Below are positions 41,327-49,155 of a stretch of DNA of 64,000 nt, in pieces (positions within the stretch are counted from its first letter, which is position 1; every line of letters starts with the position of its first letter). The DNA is from a virus: positions 14,376 through 78,375 of IMG/VR virus record IMGVR_UViG_3300037325_000137; one strand, written 5' to 3'. The translations under genes were made by a program, and so were the position numbers. The notes below the pieces were generated by a model. The model had not been told where the DNA came from. It saw nothing but the letters and a program-made list of their open reading frames with translations, and made no database searches.

Positions 41327-41549
41327 TTAATAATTCCCCTGTAATCTTTGTGTAAAGCAACACGGATGCTTCTTTGAAAGCATTTTTTCTTACCTCATTA
41401 TCCGTGTTATCTGCTTCATTAAGCATTGAGTGAAATAAAAGTAAGTTACTTTCATAAGATATTGCGGTTACAATAAGATCTTGAATCCAAATATTAATGA
41501 TTGGATATTTAGGAAGTGTTATATCAATGTAAGGTGTCCATTTAGTCAT
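41295..41549 (-). CDS. Hypothetical protein
   Basis: 84-aa ORF. Confidence 0.45.
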   Translation of the reverse strand: MTKWTPYIDITLPKYPIINIWIQDLIVTAISYESNLLLFHSMLNEADNTDNEVRKNAFKEASVLLYTKITGELLIDNGFNINNI

Positions 41550-41692
41550 GACTTTCTTATTATGTTGTTTAACTTAGTCTCAACAAGATTGTTGAACGAT
41601 CTGTTTTCTTTATTAGCCATTGATTTAAGCTCTTCTATTAGAACCACATCAAGCCTAAGACTAACGTGTTTTTTTGTTGCTGATGTTTTCAT
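41546..41692 (-). CDS. Arc/CopG-like ribbon-helix-helix regulator, 48 aa (not in ORF track)
   Basis: HVSLRLDVVLIEELKSMANKENRSFNNLVETKL; TATATTTG motif at 41716-41723. Confidence 0.65.
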   Translation of the reverse strand: MKTSATKKHVSLRLDVVLIEELKSMANKENRSFNNLVETKLNNIIRKS

Positions 41693-41815
41693 ATCTTTTT
41701 TTTAAAGTGTTAGGTCAAATATACATTGTATCTTTTTATCCCACAAATTTTTTACTGTTAAAATTAGTAATTACACTAATAAAAGTTGATATAATTTAAG
41801 TTATTTGTGTGCGGT

Positions 41816-42337
41816 TTACTTATCGTTAAGATGTTTTTCTAGGAATAAGCACATATCTTTTACGAGAATAGCTTTGTGATGTTTGTCTTTTATTTTTGAC
41901 TTTTGCTTGTAGGGTATGTGAAAGTTGTAAAACTGTTCAGAATCTTTATCGTAGTAGATATGACACTTAGGTTCTATAAGTCTATTGATCTTAATAGATT
42001 TTTCGTCTTCAAATATTTTATGGGTTTTTAACTCCCAATTATTATTTAAAGTGATTTTTAGATTTGCAAACTGTATAATTCTAGAAATATCATCAACTAT
42101 TGATTCAGAAAATATAATTTCTAGTAGATCCCTATTTACCTTTGTATTCTCTATGATTTCATCAAGGCTTATATTTTCGTCTTTAAATCGTTTCTTAGCC
42201 ACTTCAAAAATAAACGACAAACTAGACTCTCTTTGAATTTTTACTCTCGTGTTTGTCTTTCTGGACTTGTTTCTTGCTACTTCAAGCTTTCTGTAATATT
42301 CATCTTGAAAATTAATTTCATTTATCTTGTTTTTCAT
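41816..42337 (-). CDS. Hypothetical protein
   Basis: 173-aa ORF. Confidence 0.5.
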   Translation of the reverse strand: MKNKINEINFQDEYYRKLEVARNKSRKTNTRVKIQRESSLSFIFEVAKKRFKDENISLDEIIENTKVNRDLLEIIFSESIVDDISRIIQFANLKITLNNNWELKTHKIFEDEKSIKINRLIEPKCHIYYDKDSEQFYNFHIPYKQKSKIKDKHHKAILVKDMCLFLEKHLNDK

Positions 42338-42566
42338 AAAAATCGATTATTGAATTGTGAGCCTTTAATATTTTAATTAGATTCATATAAGTGCTATTAT
42401 CTTGTGTTTCTTTTATAAATATTTCTAAGAACTCTTTGTGAGTAATAGGCTTGTAATTTATAAAGAAATCATATTTAAGACTAGGATTAGATGTGATTAT
42501 ATTTCCTATTTCTTGAATATTGTAGGATTTAAACCTGTGACCTAAATTATTTCTAATTTTATACAT
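42318..42566 (-). CDS. Hypothetical protein coupled to integrase stop
   Basis: 82-aa ORF. Confidence 0.45.
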   Translation of the reverse strand: MYKIRNNLGHRFKSYNIQEIGNIITSNPSLKYDFFINYKPITHKEFLEIFIKETQDNSTYMNLIKILKAHNSIIDFYEKQDK

Positions 42567-43375
42567 TAAATAGGCATTTGAATTTTGCTTAAATGATTTT
42601 TTGAAACGTGGGTGTAAATTTCAGTTGTCTTAGAGCTTTGATGCCCCGCAATAGATTGGATTATCCTTAAATCAGTACCTCCCTCTAGTAAGTGAGTGAA
42701 GCAACTATGCCTAAGCTGATGCATATAAGCATCTTCTTTAATATACTTTTTAATTATTTTATTACAAGATGTGGCTGAATACTGTAAAGAAGACTGACCG
42801 TTAAAAAGATATTCTTTTGGTCTATGTTTTTTAAAGTAATCCCTAAGTGTTTTTAGTAGCCCATTAGACAAAGGAACAACTCTATCTTTCTTGCCTTTAG
42901 CTTGAATTATATGAATCAATCCTCTATTTGAATCAATGTTTTCTATTTTCAGATTTATTATTTCTGAAACCCTTAATCCGCAACTATATGCTGCGGATAA
43001 AATAGCTTTATGTTTCATGTTTTTTATAGATAATATTTTTTCTGTAAGAATTTTTTTATCTATTATTTGGGGTAGCTTTTTTTCTTTTCTAGGTCTTGAA
43101 AAATCTACTTTATCGTATTTTTTATTCAGAACTTTTTTGTAAAGAAACTTGATTGAGCTTATTATTTGATTTTGTTGCGATATAGAGCTGAAATTATAAT
43201 TTTCTAAATAAGATTTAAAATCATTACTATCTAGCTTAGAAGGAGACTTTTTATTGACTCTTAAAAATTCTTCAACGTAATAACTATATATTTTTACAGT
43301 ATTTTTACTGTAGTTAAAATAGTTCAATTTTGAAATGAAATTCTGCAGAAAAGTGTGTTTAGTTTTGCTTAACAT
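42566..43375 (-). CDS. Tyrosine recombinase (integron-integrase-related, no IntI-specific insertion)
   Basis: SAM-like N-domain (YSKNTVKIY, SQQNQIISSIKFLY); catalytic set GLR, KGKKDR, HQLRHS, GH, IYTHV all intact. Confidence 0.92.
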   Translation of the reverse strand: MLSKTKHTFLQNFISKLNYFNYSKNTVKIYSYYVEEFLRVNKKSPSKLDSNDFKSYLENYNFSSISQQNQIISSIKFLYKKVLNKKYDKVDFSRPRKEKKLPQIIDKKILTEKILSIKNMKHKAILSAAYSCGLRVSEIINLKIENIDSNRGLIHIIQAKGKKDRVVPLSNGLLKTLRDYFKKHRPKEYLFNGQSSLQYSATSCNKIIKKYIKEDAYMHQLRHSCFTHLLEGGTDLRIIQSIAGHQSSKTTEIYTHVSKNHLSKIQMPI

Positions 43376-43430
43376 ATTGATTTATATTGATTTGTTAGTT
43401 ATGGTTGATATATAGTAGTTAGCAAACATT
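43374..43430 (+). other. attI-like primary recombination site
   Basis: ATATTGATTT x2 (43374-43393) then G|TTAGCAAAC core at 43418 with no partner hairpin arm; array begins here. Confidence 0.65.
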
Positions 43431-43709
43431 ATTCAAATAATCACAGTACATTTTTGCCTGTTCTTCGCTATGTATAAAGAACACTACCTCTATACCTTTG
43501 CCATCGAGTACCGCTTTACCTTGTTTTCTGCCAACTCTAAAAGGTGGTGTATATTTATTAGCATCATAACGTTTGCTAACACCAGATAAAATTAATGCCT
43601 CGTCTACTGCATTTTTAATAAGTCCTATACATTCTTCTTTTGCTAATGAAGTTCCTACCCAACTTTTTAAATTTTGTGCATGTTTATCAATTATTTGCTC
43701 TTTAGTCAT
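43419..43709 (-). CDS. Cassette 1 hypothetical protein
   Basis: Starts in att1 loop; ALILSGVSKR is encoded by the att arm; stop is the core TTA. Confidence 0.65.
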   Translation of the reverse strand: MTKEQIIDKHAQNLKSWVGTSLAKEECIGLIKNAVDEALILSGVSKRYDANKYTPPFRVGRKQGKAVLDGKGIEVVFFIHSEEQAKMYCDYLNNVC

Positions 43710-43772
43710 TGTCTATTTATTTAATTATTGTTATTATTTATCGGCACTAATCTTATCTGCGGTACGTTAGCT
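43571..43772. repeat. att site 1
   Basis: gctaacaccagataaaattaatgcc ... ggcactaatcttatctgcggtacgttagc. Confidence 0.85.
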
Positions 43773-43780
43773 ACAAGTGC

Positions 43781-44500
43781 TTAATTTAGTTGATTAAACA
43801 AAGTTGGTGCTTCAATCTCTTTTTCTTTTTTTTTCCCCACCCTTTCACTCGCAATATCAAAATAATCCTGTTGCATTTCAATTCCAATAAATCTTCTATT
43901 TAGGTTTTTACAAGCAACTCCTGTTGTACCACTACCCATAAAAGGGTCTAATACTACTTCGTTTTCATTAGTTGAGTTGTTTATATAAAATTCCATTAAT
44001 TCTATTGGTTTTTCTGTTGGGTGTACTTTACTCCCAATTATATTATTAAAAGAATGTACTGTTTTGCTTCCGCCAATGTCATTTATGTATTTAGATTTTC
44101 CTTTTCTAAAAAATATAGTGTACTCGCAATTCTTCATATAAAATTGAGAAGGTGTGCAGTTGTTTTTTTGCCAAACTAAAAAGTTTTGTATTTTAAATCC
44201 TGCTTTTTCTATCTCGTTTGCCATTTTTAGTAAATTAGAAGAGTTTACCATCACATAGTTTTGAGTTCCATCTTTTAGTATTCTAAACATTTCTGGCAAC
44301 CATTCACTAAATTTAGGAACACTCCTCATTAGTTCTCTATTTCCTTTCAATATACCTTTTGGTCTAATACTGTTTTTGCCATTACTATCACCTCCTGTTA
44401 TTATTTTATAAGGAGGGTCAGTAACTACACAATCAATACTTTCGCTTGGTAATGTTTTTAATATTTCAAGGGCATCACCCATTTTTAAATCTATATTCAT
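43781..44500 (-). CDS. Cassette 2: DNA amino-methyltransferase (N6/N4, beta class)
   Basis: VTDPPY, HPTEKP, LDPFMGSGTTG motifs. Confidence 0.93.
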   Translation of the reverse strand: MNIDLKMGDALEILKTLPSESIDCVVTDPPYKIITGGDSNGKNSIRPKGILKGNRELMRSVPKFSEWLPEMFRILKDGTQNYVMVNSSNLLKMANEIEKAGFKIQNFLVWQKNNCTPSQFYMKNCEYTIFFRKGKSKYINDIGGSKTVHSFNNIIGSKVHPTEKPIELMEFYINNSTNENEVVLDPFMGSGTTGVACKNLNRRFIGIEMQQDYFDIASERVGKKKEKEIEAPTLFNQLN

Positions 44501-44597
44501 AATGTTTTAATTTTATCAAATTAATTTGCCAACGCTCAAAAAAGAAAATAAAAAGGTTCAGTTCTATTAATTAAGTTTAGGTGTTTAAAGTCGCACC

Positions 44598-44657
44598 AGT
44601 AGGTAACACTGTATAAAAGCCATTGAAAATAACGGCTCTTATACCCATCCGTTAGCA
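44598..44657. repeat. att site 2 (short)
   Basis: taacactgtataaaagcc ... ggctcttatacccatccgtta. Confidence 0.8.
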
Positions 44658-44661
44658 ACAA

Positions 44662-44904
44662 TTAATTGCCCTGTAAGTAATTGTCTGCAATCCATTCTTT
44701 ACTTACAAACCTATTTCCTCCACCTTTTTCAAGGCTTGTTAAAAGGTCAATTAACAGTTCCCTTCGGTTGCTAACATCGTTTAACCGTAATTGCTCGGTT
44801 ACGTACTTATCTATGAAGTCTGTTAACCATTCTACCTTTTCATTTCCAGTCATATCGTTTCTTGATACAAGTTGGTTTAATTTTTCAATCTCTGTTATTT
44901 TCAT
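44662..44904 (-). CDS. Cassette 3 hypothetical protein
   Basis: Starts in att3 loop; QLRLNDVSNR is encoded by the arm. Confidence 0.6.
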   Translation of the reverse strand: MKITEIEKLNQLVSRNDMTGNEKVEWLTDFIDKYVTEQLRLNDVSNRRELLIDLLTSLEKGGGNRFVSKEWIADNYLQGN

Positions 44905-44968
44905 CTGTTCTTATTTATTAAGTTTTGTTATTAATTCACGCAACTACGGTTACACGTAGCCGTTGTAG
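44766..44968. repeat. att site 3
   Basis: aacatcgtttaaccgtaattgc ... gcaactacggttacacgtagccgtt. Confidence 0.85.
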
Positions 44969-44973
44969 TGCAT

Positions 44974-45270
44974 TTACATTACGTTTCGCTCGATACTTAT
45001 GTTTTTATCAGTAACAACTACTATAAAGCTTGTTCTTTGCACCGCCAAAGGGGCTTTTTTTTCAAGATGTTTAAGAACGTGGTTTGCACCATTATTTACT
45101 ATATCACGTCTAGTTTTTAATTGATGAAGTTTGTTTTGTACTTGCTCAATTTCGGCTTCCAATTCTTCTTTCTCTAAAGCTATATTCACTAATATATCAG
45201 CCCCTTTTATTTCCTCGCCTTGAATAAGGTCAGTAATTCCAGAGAAACTTAGGTCGTCAATTTTTTTCAT
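44974..45270 (-). CDS. Cassette 4 hypothetical coiled-coil protein
   Basis: ORF 44974-45285; likely start MKKIDD at 45270. Confidence 0.55.
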   Translation of the reverse strand: MKKIDDLSFSGITDLIQGEEIKGADILVNIALEKEELEAEIEQVQNKLHQLKTRRDIVNNGANHVLKHLEKKAPLAVQRTSFIVVVTDKNISIERNVM

Positions 45271-45281
45271 AGCAAAAAAAC

Positions 45282-45416
45282 GCACTACAACACTGTATAA
45301 AAATAATAGCCTGTTGTAGTGTCTTTTTAGTGGCTATTACTCACTTATTAATTAATTGTTTAACTTAAACTTTTCGCTTATTTATTCGGCTACTATTCTT
45401 ATACTAAACGTTGTAA
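45282..45416. repeat. att site 4
   Basis: aacactgtataaaaataatagcc ... ggctactattcttatactaaacgtt. Confidence 0.88.
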
Positions 45417-45420
45417 GTAA

Positions 45421-45654
45421 TTAAGGTTCGAGATACCTCAAAGGCACTTCTTTACTCCAAAAACCACCCTTATCAATGTTCTGTACTAACGCTCTTGGTT
45501 CGTCATAATATTCTTGTGTTTTACCATCTTGAAATATTGGATAATACACCAACATCCATCTGTCTTTTTTACCATCCATTTTATAAACGCTTTCGTTACG
45601 CTTATGATTTTTCCAAATCGGGTGGTTTAAGGCTTTTTCTAAATCTATGTTCAT
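45421..45654 (-). CDS. Cassette 5 hypothetical protein
   Basis: 77-aa ORF filling the cassette. Confidence 0.6.
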   Translation of the reverse strand: MNIDLEKALNHPIWKNHKRNESVYKMDGKKDRWMLVYYPIFQDGKTQEYYDEPRALVQNIDKGGFWSKEVPLRYLEP

Positions 45655-45671
45655 TTCTTATTTGCTTTAAC

Positions 45672-45877
45672 TACTTACAACACTATATATAATTAATATA
45701 AAAGGGGCGCAGTCCAACTATCCGTTATTCCTTTCGGGTCAAGCCTAAGCCCCCACGGAAGGAACGTTTTACAGGCTTTGGACACCTTCAATTTCACTAT
45801 CTAAAACGCTGTTGGTAAACCCACTAATTTCTGCATTTTTAACCCCTTTTAAACTAATCATATATTTTACGTTATAA
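45672..45877. repeat. att site 5
   Basis: aacactatatataattaatataaaagggg ... ccccttttaaactaatcatatattttacgtt. Confidence 0.8.
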
Positions 45878-46144
45878 ACAATACTCTTTTTGTGTATATG
45901 GTTCAGAGTAGAAGCATTTATCAGTACTATCAAATTTAATATTTCTATACCAAGTTATTTCTGTATTTGTTGTTTTTCCTGTTCTACTACTGCAATCACA
46001 ATCTTTATGACATTGGCAACTACCATTATCAATAGAAGTGTATTTTTTAGTAAATATTCTATAAGAAACACCATCTATAATTGTGATTTGCAATGCTTCC
46101 ATTTCTATATTCAATCTTTTAGGGTTTAACAATCTTTCTCGCAT
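45872..46144 (-). CDS. Cassette 6 Cys-rich protein
   Basis: CQCHKDCDC motif; likely start MRERLL (46144) or MEALQ; stop is the core TTA. Confidence 0.55.
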   Translation of the reverse strand: MRERLLNPKRLNIEMEALQITIIDGVSYRIFTKKYTSIDNGSCQCHKDCDCSSRTGKTTNTEITWYRNIKFDSTDKCFYSEPYTQKEYCL

Positions 46145-46155
46145 AACTTCCGTAC

Positions 46156-46253
46156 AGTTTATAACACAGGCTATAAATAAAAGCCCTGTCAAGGTTATTG
46201 TTGTGAATCGAACTTTGTGTTTAGGGCTTCAATTCATAGCCGAGCCGTTATCT
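46156..46253. repeat. att site 6
   Basis: aacacaggctataaataaaagccct ... agggcttcaattcatagccgagccgtt. Confidence 0.85.
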
Positions 46254-46424
46254 TTAATAATCAAACTCTTCCTCATTTAATACATCAAAGTGAATATCCT
46301 CATTTAATACATCAAAGTGAATATCCTCTATTTTGTTTTTAATAAACAGTCTTTTAATTCGATAGATAACTAAAGATAACAATGTATAAAATGCATAGCT
46401 TAATTTCGTTCTTAAATTTTTCAT
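46254..46424 (-). CDS. Cassette 7, 56-aa protein with duplicated EDIHFDVLN (not in ORF track)
   Basis: MKNLRTKLSYAFYTLLSLVIYRIKRLFIKNKIEDIHFDVLNEDIHFDVLNEEEFDY; 27-bp tandem repeat 46270-46323. Confidence 0.5.
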   Translation of the reverse strand: MKNLRTKLSYAFYTLLSLVIYRIKRLFIKNKIEDIHFDVLNEDIHFDVLNEEEFDY

Positions 46425-46511
46425 CTGTTCTGTTTTTAAAGTTTATAATTTATAATTAATTCAAAGTCTGTGGTGTTTAGGTCGCTACGCACCTTATACT
46501 AAACGTTGTGT
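46371..46511. repeat. att site 7
   Basis: aacaatgtataaaatgcatagc ... gctacgcaccttatactaaacgtt. Confidence 0.85.
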
Positions 46512-46519
46512 GTAATACT

Positions 46520-46762
46520 TTATTTAGGTTCGTTTACAGCATTACTATCTACTTTTTTCCAAGGACGTTCTATCATATTACAACCTGCTTGATACCAAGT
46601 TTGTATTTGTAATTTATTACATTTTGTACACTTTCTAAAATGAGCATATCTATTATCTTCTTTTCTACCACCGTCCCAATACTTATAAGGATGATATAAA
46701 TTAAAAAAACAAAGTAATTTTTGCAATGCTTTAGGTTTGTCTATTCTTAAAACTTTTTCCAT
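46520..46762 (-). CDS. Cassette 8 small Zn-binding-like protein
   Basis: LLCFFNLYH ... RKCTKC motif. Confidence 0.6.
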   Translation of the reverse strand: MEKVLRIDKPKALQKLLCFFNLYHPYKYWDGGRKEDNRYAHFRKCTKCNKLQIQTWYQAGCNMIERPWKKVDSNAVNEPK

Positions 46763-46793
46763 TTTAATAAAGTTTGTGGCTTAAATTCCGTAT

Positions 46794-46892
46794 TACACAC
46801 AACAATGTATATAGTTTATAAGCCAATTAATATTTGTTTTTAATTTGTAAATTTCTGATATGGCTTACAAAACCATATACTCAACGTTAGGC
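46794..46892. repeat. att site 8
   Basis: aacaatgtatatagtttataagcca ... tggcttacaaaaccatatactcaacgtt. Confidence 0.88.
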
Positions 46893-46896
46893 ACAA

Positions 46897-47202
46897 TTAA
46901 GGTTTGCGTCCTAATAACTTACTTAGCTTCATCCCCAACCACTCAGGGCAAGGTATAGCTACTACCCATCTTAAATAAGGCAATATACCTACAAAACCAA
47001 TCCCCCAATGCTCTGTTGCAACTATTGAAACTTCAAAGCTAAATGCGTCTAAAGTCCAAAATGTAAATATTAGCCATCTAAAACTAAAACTACTTGTATT
47101 GTGTTCGTCTGCTTTCCTTATTTCTATTAAGGGTATTAATGGAAATACATTTTTGTTGTACCATTTTTCTGTTCTCATTCTTCCTGATGCTGTTTGTGAC
47201 AT
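46897..47202 (-). CDS. Cassette 9 hypothetical Trp/Phe-rich protein
   Basis: 101-aa ORF filling the cassette. Confidence 0.6.
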   Translation of the reverse strand: MSQTASGRMRTEKWYNKNVFPLIPLIEIRKADEHNTSSFSFRWLIFTFWTLDAFSFEVSIVATEHWGIGFVGILPYLRWVVAIPCPEWLGMKLSKLLGRKP

Positions 47203-47209
47203 AATTAAA

Positions 47210-47306
47210 AGTGCCTAACAATAGCTAAAGTTAATAGCCTCAATAGGTCTTGTTATAATTTGATGGTTAGTATTAAAGGCTACTAACCTTAGCCTAGACG
47301 TTATGA
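47210..47306. repeat. att site 9
   Basis: aacaatagctaaagttaatagcct ... aggctactaaccttagcctagacgtt. Confidence 0.88.
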
Positions 47307-47459
47307 TGCAATTAAAATTTTAAGCATCTCGTTTAACTTCCCTACACATTGAGCATAGTATCGTTCATTATCTTCCTGTTTCATTATTTTAGCTACTTCA
47401 TAAAGGTCTGTATAAATACCAATTTTCTTTATTACAATACTTTTTAGTTCATCCATCAT
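47301..47459 (-). CDS. Cassette 10 small helical protein
   Basis: ORF 47301-47483; likely start MMDELK; stop is the core TTA. Confidence 0.5.
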   Translation of the reverse strand: MMDELKSIVIKKIGIYTDLYEVAKIMKQEDNERYYAQCVGKLNEMLKILIAS

Positions 47460-47471
47460 TAAAATTTTAAA

Positions 47472-47566
47472 AGCACATAACAATGTATAAAATTAATGCG
47501 CTATGATAATTAGTGTTAAATTTTTAAGTATGTGGTTAGCGCACTAATCTTATACTAACTGCAATG
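47472..47566. repeat. att site 10 (GTT core missing)
   Basis: aacaatgtataaaattaatgcgcta ... tagcgcactaatcttatactaact, then gcaatg. Confidence 0.75.
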
Positions 47567-47569
47567 TTG

Positions 47570-47818
47570 CTATTTAAAGTTTTGCCTAAACGGCTTGTTA
47601 CATTTTGGACAAGAAGTGCCTAAATACAAGCCTTTGATTATCGGTTCGCAACACTGTTCGCTCTGCCTTACAACAACGGGTATAGAAAATAATTCAGAAG
47701 GCATCAGTCTTTCTATCACGTCTATTGCACTCCATATTTCTCTTGATTCATAACTGTGATGTATTGAGTCAAAGTGTTCTGCTCTTTTTTCTAGTGTTTT
47801 AATAACGTCTGCTTTCAT
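47570..47818 (-). CDS. Cassette 11 protein with C-terminal CPKC zinc ribbon
   Basis: Starts in att11 loop; ELFSIPVVVRQ is encoded by the arm. Confidence 0.6.
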   Translation of the reverse strand: MKADVIKTLEKRAEHFDSIHHSYESREIWSAIDVIERLMPSELFSIPVVVRQSEQCCEPIIKGLYLGTSCPKCNKPFRQNFK

Positions 47819-47878
47819 CTTTTAAGTTTTTGCGTTTTAAATCCTCCTAAATTAAATTCCATACCCAAACCGTTAGCA
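47665..47878. repeat. att site 11
   Basis: aacaacgggtatagaaaataatt ... aattaaattccatacccaaaccgtt. Confidence 0.75.
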
Positions 47879-47998
47879 TTAATACTCAGTACCTAAGTAT
47901 TCTACTAAATAAGGGTAGTCCCAACTTTTACTGCTACTGTAATACATTTTCCAGTAACCTCTATTATTCTTTATTATTTCAGTCCATTTACTTGTCAT
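47879..47998 (-). CDS. Cassette 12, 39-aa aromatic-rich peptide (not in ORF track)
   Basis: MTSKWTEIIKNNRGYWKMYYSSSKSWDYPYLVEYLGTEY fills the cassette. Confidence 0.5.
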   Translation of the reverse strand: MTSKWTEIIKNNRGYWKMYYSSSKSWDYPYLVEYLGTEY

Positions 47999-48022
47999 AG
48001 TTTCTATTTTTTAAGTCCGTAC

Positions 48023-48078
48023 TAATGCTAACAATATGTAAAAAACATTAAAACGATGTGTTATACTAGACGTTAGCA
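48023..48078. repeat. att site 12 (minimal, ~56 bp)
   Basis: gctaacaatatgtaaaaaacat ... atgtgttatactagacgttagc. Confidence 0.7.
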
Positions 48079-48357
48079 AACATTTATGTTGTTGCTATCT
48101 ATAAAGCTTTTAGGATTTCCGCAACCTATTAAAAACTCTGCTCCGTTACCTAATTTAAAGTAACATCTATCCCAATCATTGCTTCTATCGAAAGTAAAAT
48201 TTTCACCTTTTTTTATGGTATAATAACACCCTTTCCAACTCAAATTCTCCCTTCTATTGTTAGGTATATTACCCACATCAGTGGCTTCTATGGGTGTGCT
48301 ACCATACCTACCTTTATCAATAAAAACTCTAATATCTTCTGTTGCTTGTAAATTCAT
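48073..48357 (-). CDS. Cassette 13 hypothetical protein
   Basis: ORF 48073-48378; likely start MNLQAT; ends NVC* on the core site. Confidence 0.6.
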   Translation of the reverse strand: MNLQATEDIRVFIDKGRYGSTPIEATDVGNIPNNRRENLSWKGCYYTIKKGENFTFDRSNDWDRCYFKLGNGAEFLIGCGNPKSFIDSNNINVC

Positions 48358-48366
48358 AATTAAACG

Positions 48367-48463
48367 ATTTGCTAACACAACCTATACACCATAAAGCAAT
48401 ATAGTATTGTGCTAATATTAAACATTGTGCTACGCTTTACGGTGCATAGCTTTACCGTTGGCG
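48367..48463. repeat. att site 13
   Basis: aacacaacctatacaccataaagc ... gctttacggtgcatagctttaccgtt. Confidence 0.85.
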
Positions 48464-48469
48464 GTAATA

Positions 48470-48820
48470 CTACATTAGTACCTTATCCATCATTTCATTT
48501 ATGTTCTCCGCAATTTTTTCATCATAACCTCTATTGTAAAATTCATCGCCAGTAGTCAAATGATAAGTACCTATGTTATCCAAATACTGTTTCATTTTTT
48601 CATAAGGTTCAGTATTTTCATACCCTATCAAATTAAGATAAGACCAATAACATTTAATAGAAAATTGCTCTGTGTTTGTTCCTCTATCTGTTCTTTTTTC
48701 GTTTTGTCTTTGTATCCATAAGGCTTGTTCTTTCTTGTAGTCTGTGTACTTTAAAGCCGTACTACTGCCAACAAAAAATATAGCAAATGCTTTTCGTAAT
48801 CTTTGGGTAAATTGTTTCAT
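48470..48820 (-). CDS. Cassette 14 hypothetical protein
   Basis: Starts in att14 loop; AFAIFFVGSS is encoded by the arm. Confidence 0.6.
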   Translation of the reverse strand: MKQFTQRLRKAFAIFFVGSSTALKYTDYKKEQALWIQRQNEKRTDRGTNTEQFSIKCYWSYLNLIGYENTEPYEKMKQYLDNIGTYHLTTGDEFYNRGYDEKIAENINEMMDKVLM

Positions 48821-48886
48821 ACTTCTAATTTTTAGTTCATTTAAGTTAGAGTGTTGTTGGCACTTGCCATCTTCAAACCGTTAGCC
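48763..48886. repeat. att site 14
   Basis: aacaaaaaatatagcaaatgc ... gcacttgccatcttcaaaccgtt. Confidence 0.8.
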
Positions 48887-49147
48887 ACCATTTGAAAAAC
48901 CGCACTCATCCAAGAAGCTTTGTCCAACAGGAGAACCTAACCATTGAATTAAGTTTACGCAAATATCTTCTTCTTTTTCGGACAACCACTCTTTAGGTTG
49001 CGTTTGTCTATCATTAGACCACCCATTCACAATAGCACTTAGGCTTTTTCTGGCAGAACCATCATGATTGAACATTTTAATAAATTTATCGTGAAATTCT
49101 TTTTCTTTAGGATTGTCATTAAATCTGTATTCTTTATTGCCTTTCAT
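48881..49147 (-). CDS. Cassette 15 hypothetical protein
   Basis: IQWLGSPVGQSFL motif; stop is the core TTA. Confidence 0.65.
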   Translation of the reverse strand: MKGNKEYRFNDNPKEKEFHDKFIKMFNHDGSARKSLSAIVNGWSNDRQTQPKEWLSEKEEDICVNLIQWLGSPVGQSFLDECGFSNGG

Positions 49148-49155
49148 AGTAAAAC

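Noticed and set aside
42566-43375. Ordinary lysogeny integrase with attP
   Set aside because: Sits mid-operon abutting the cassette array, with no divergent repressor switch, excisionase or tRNA-like attP visible; a dual role is not excluded
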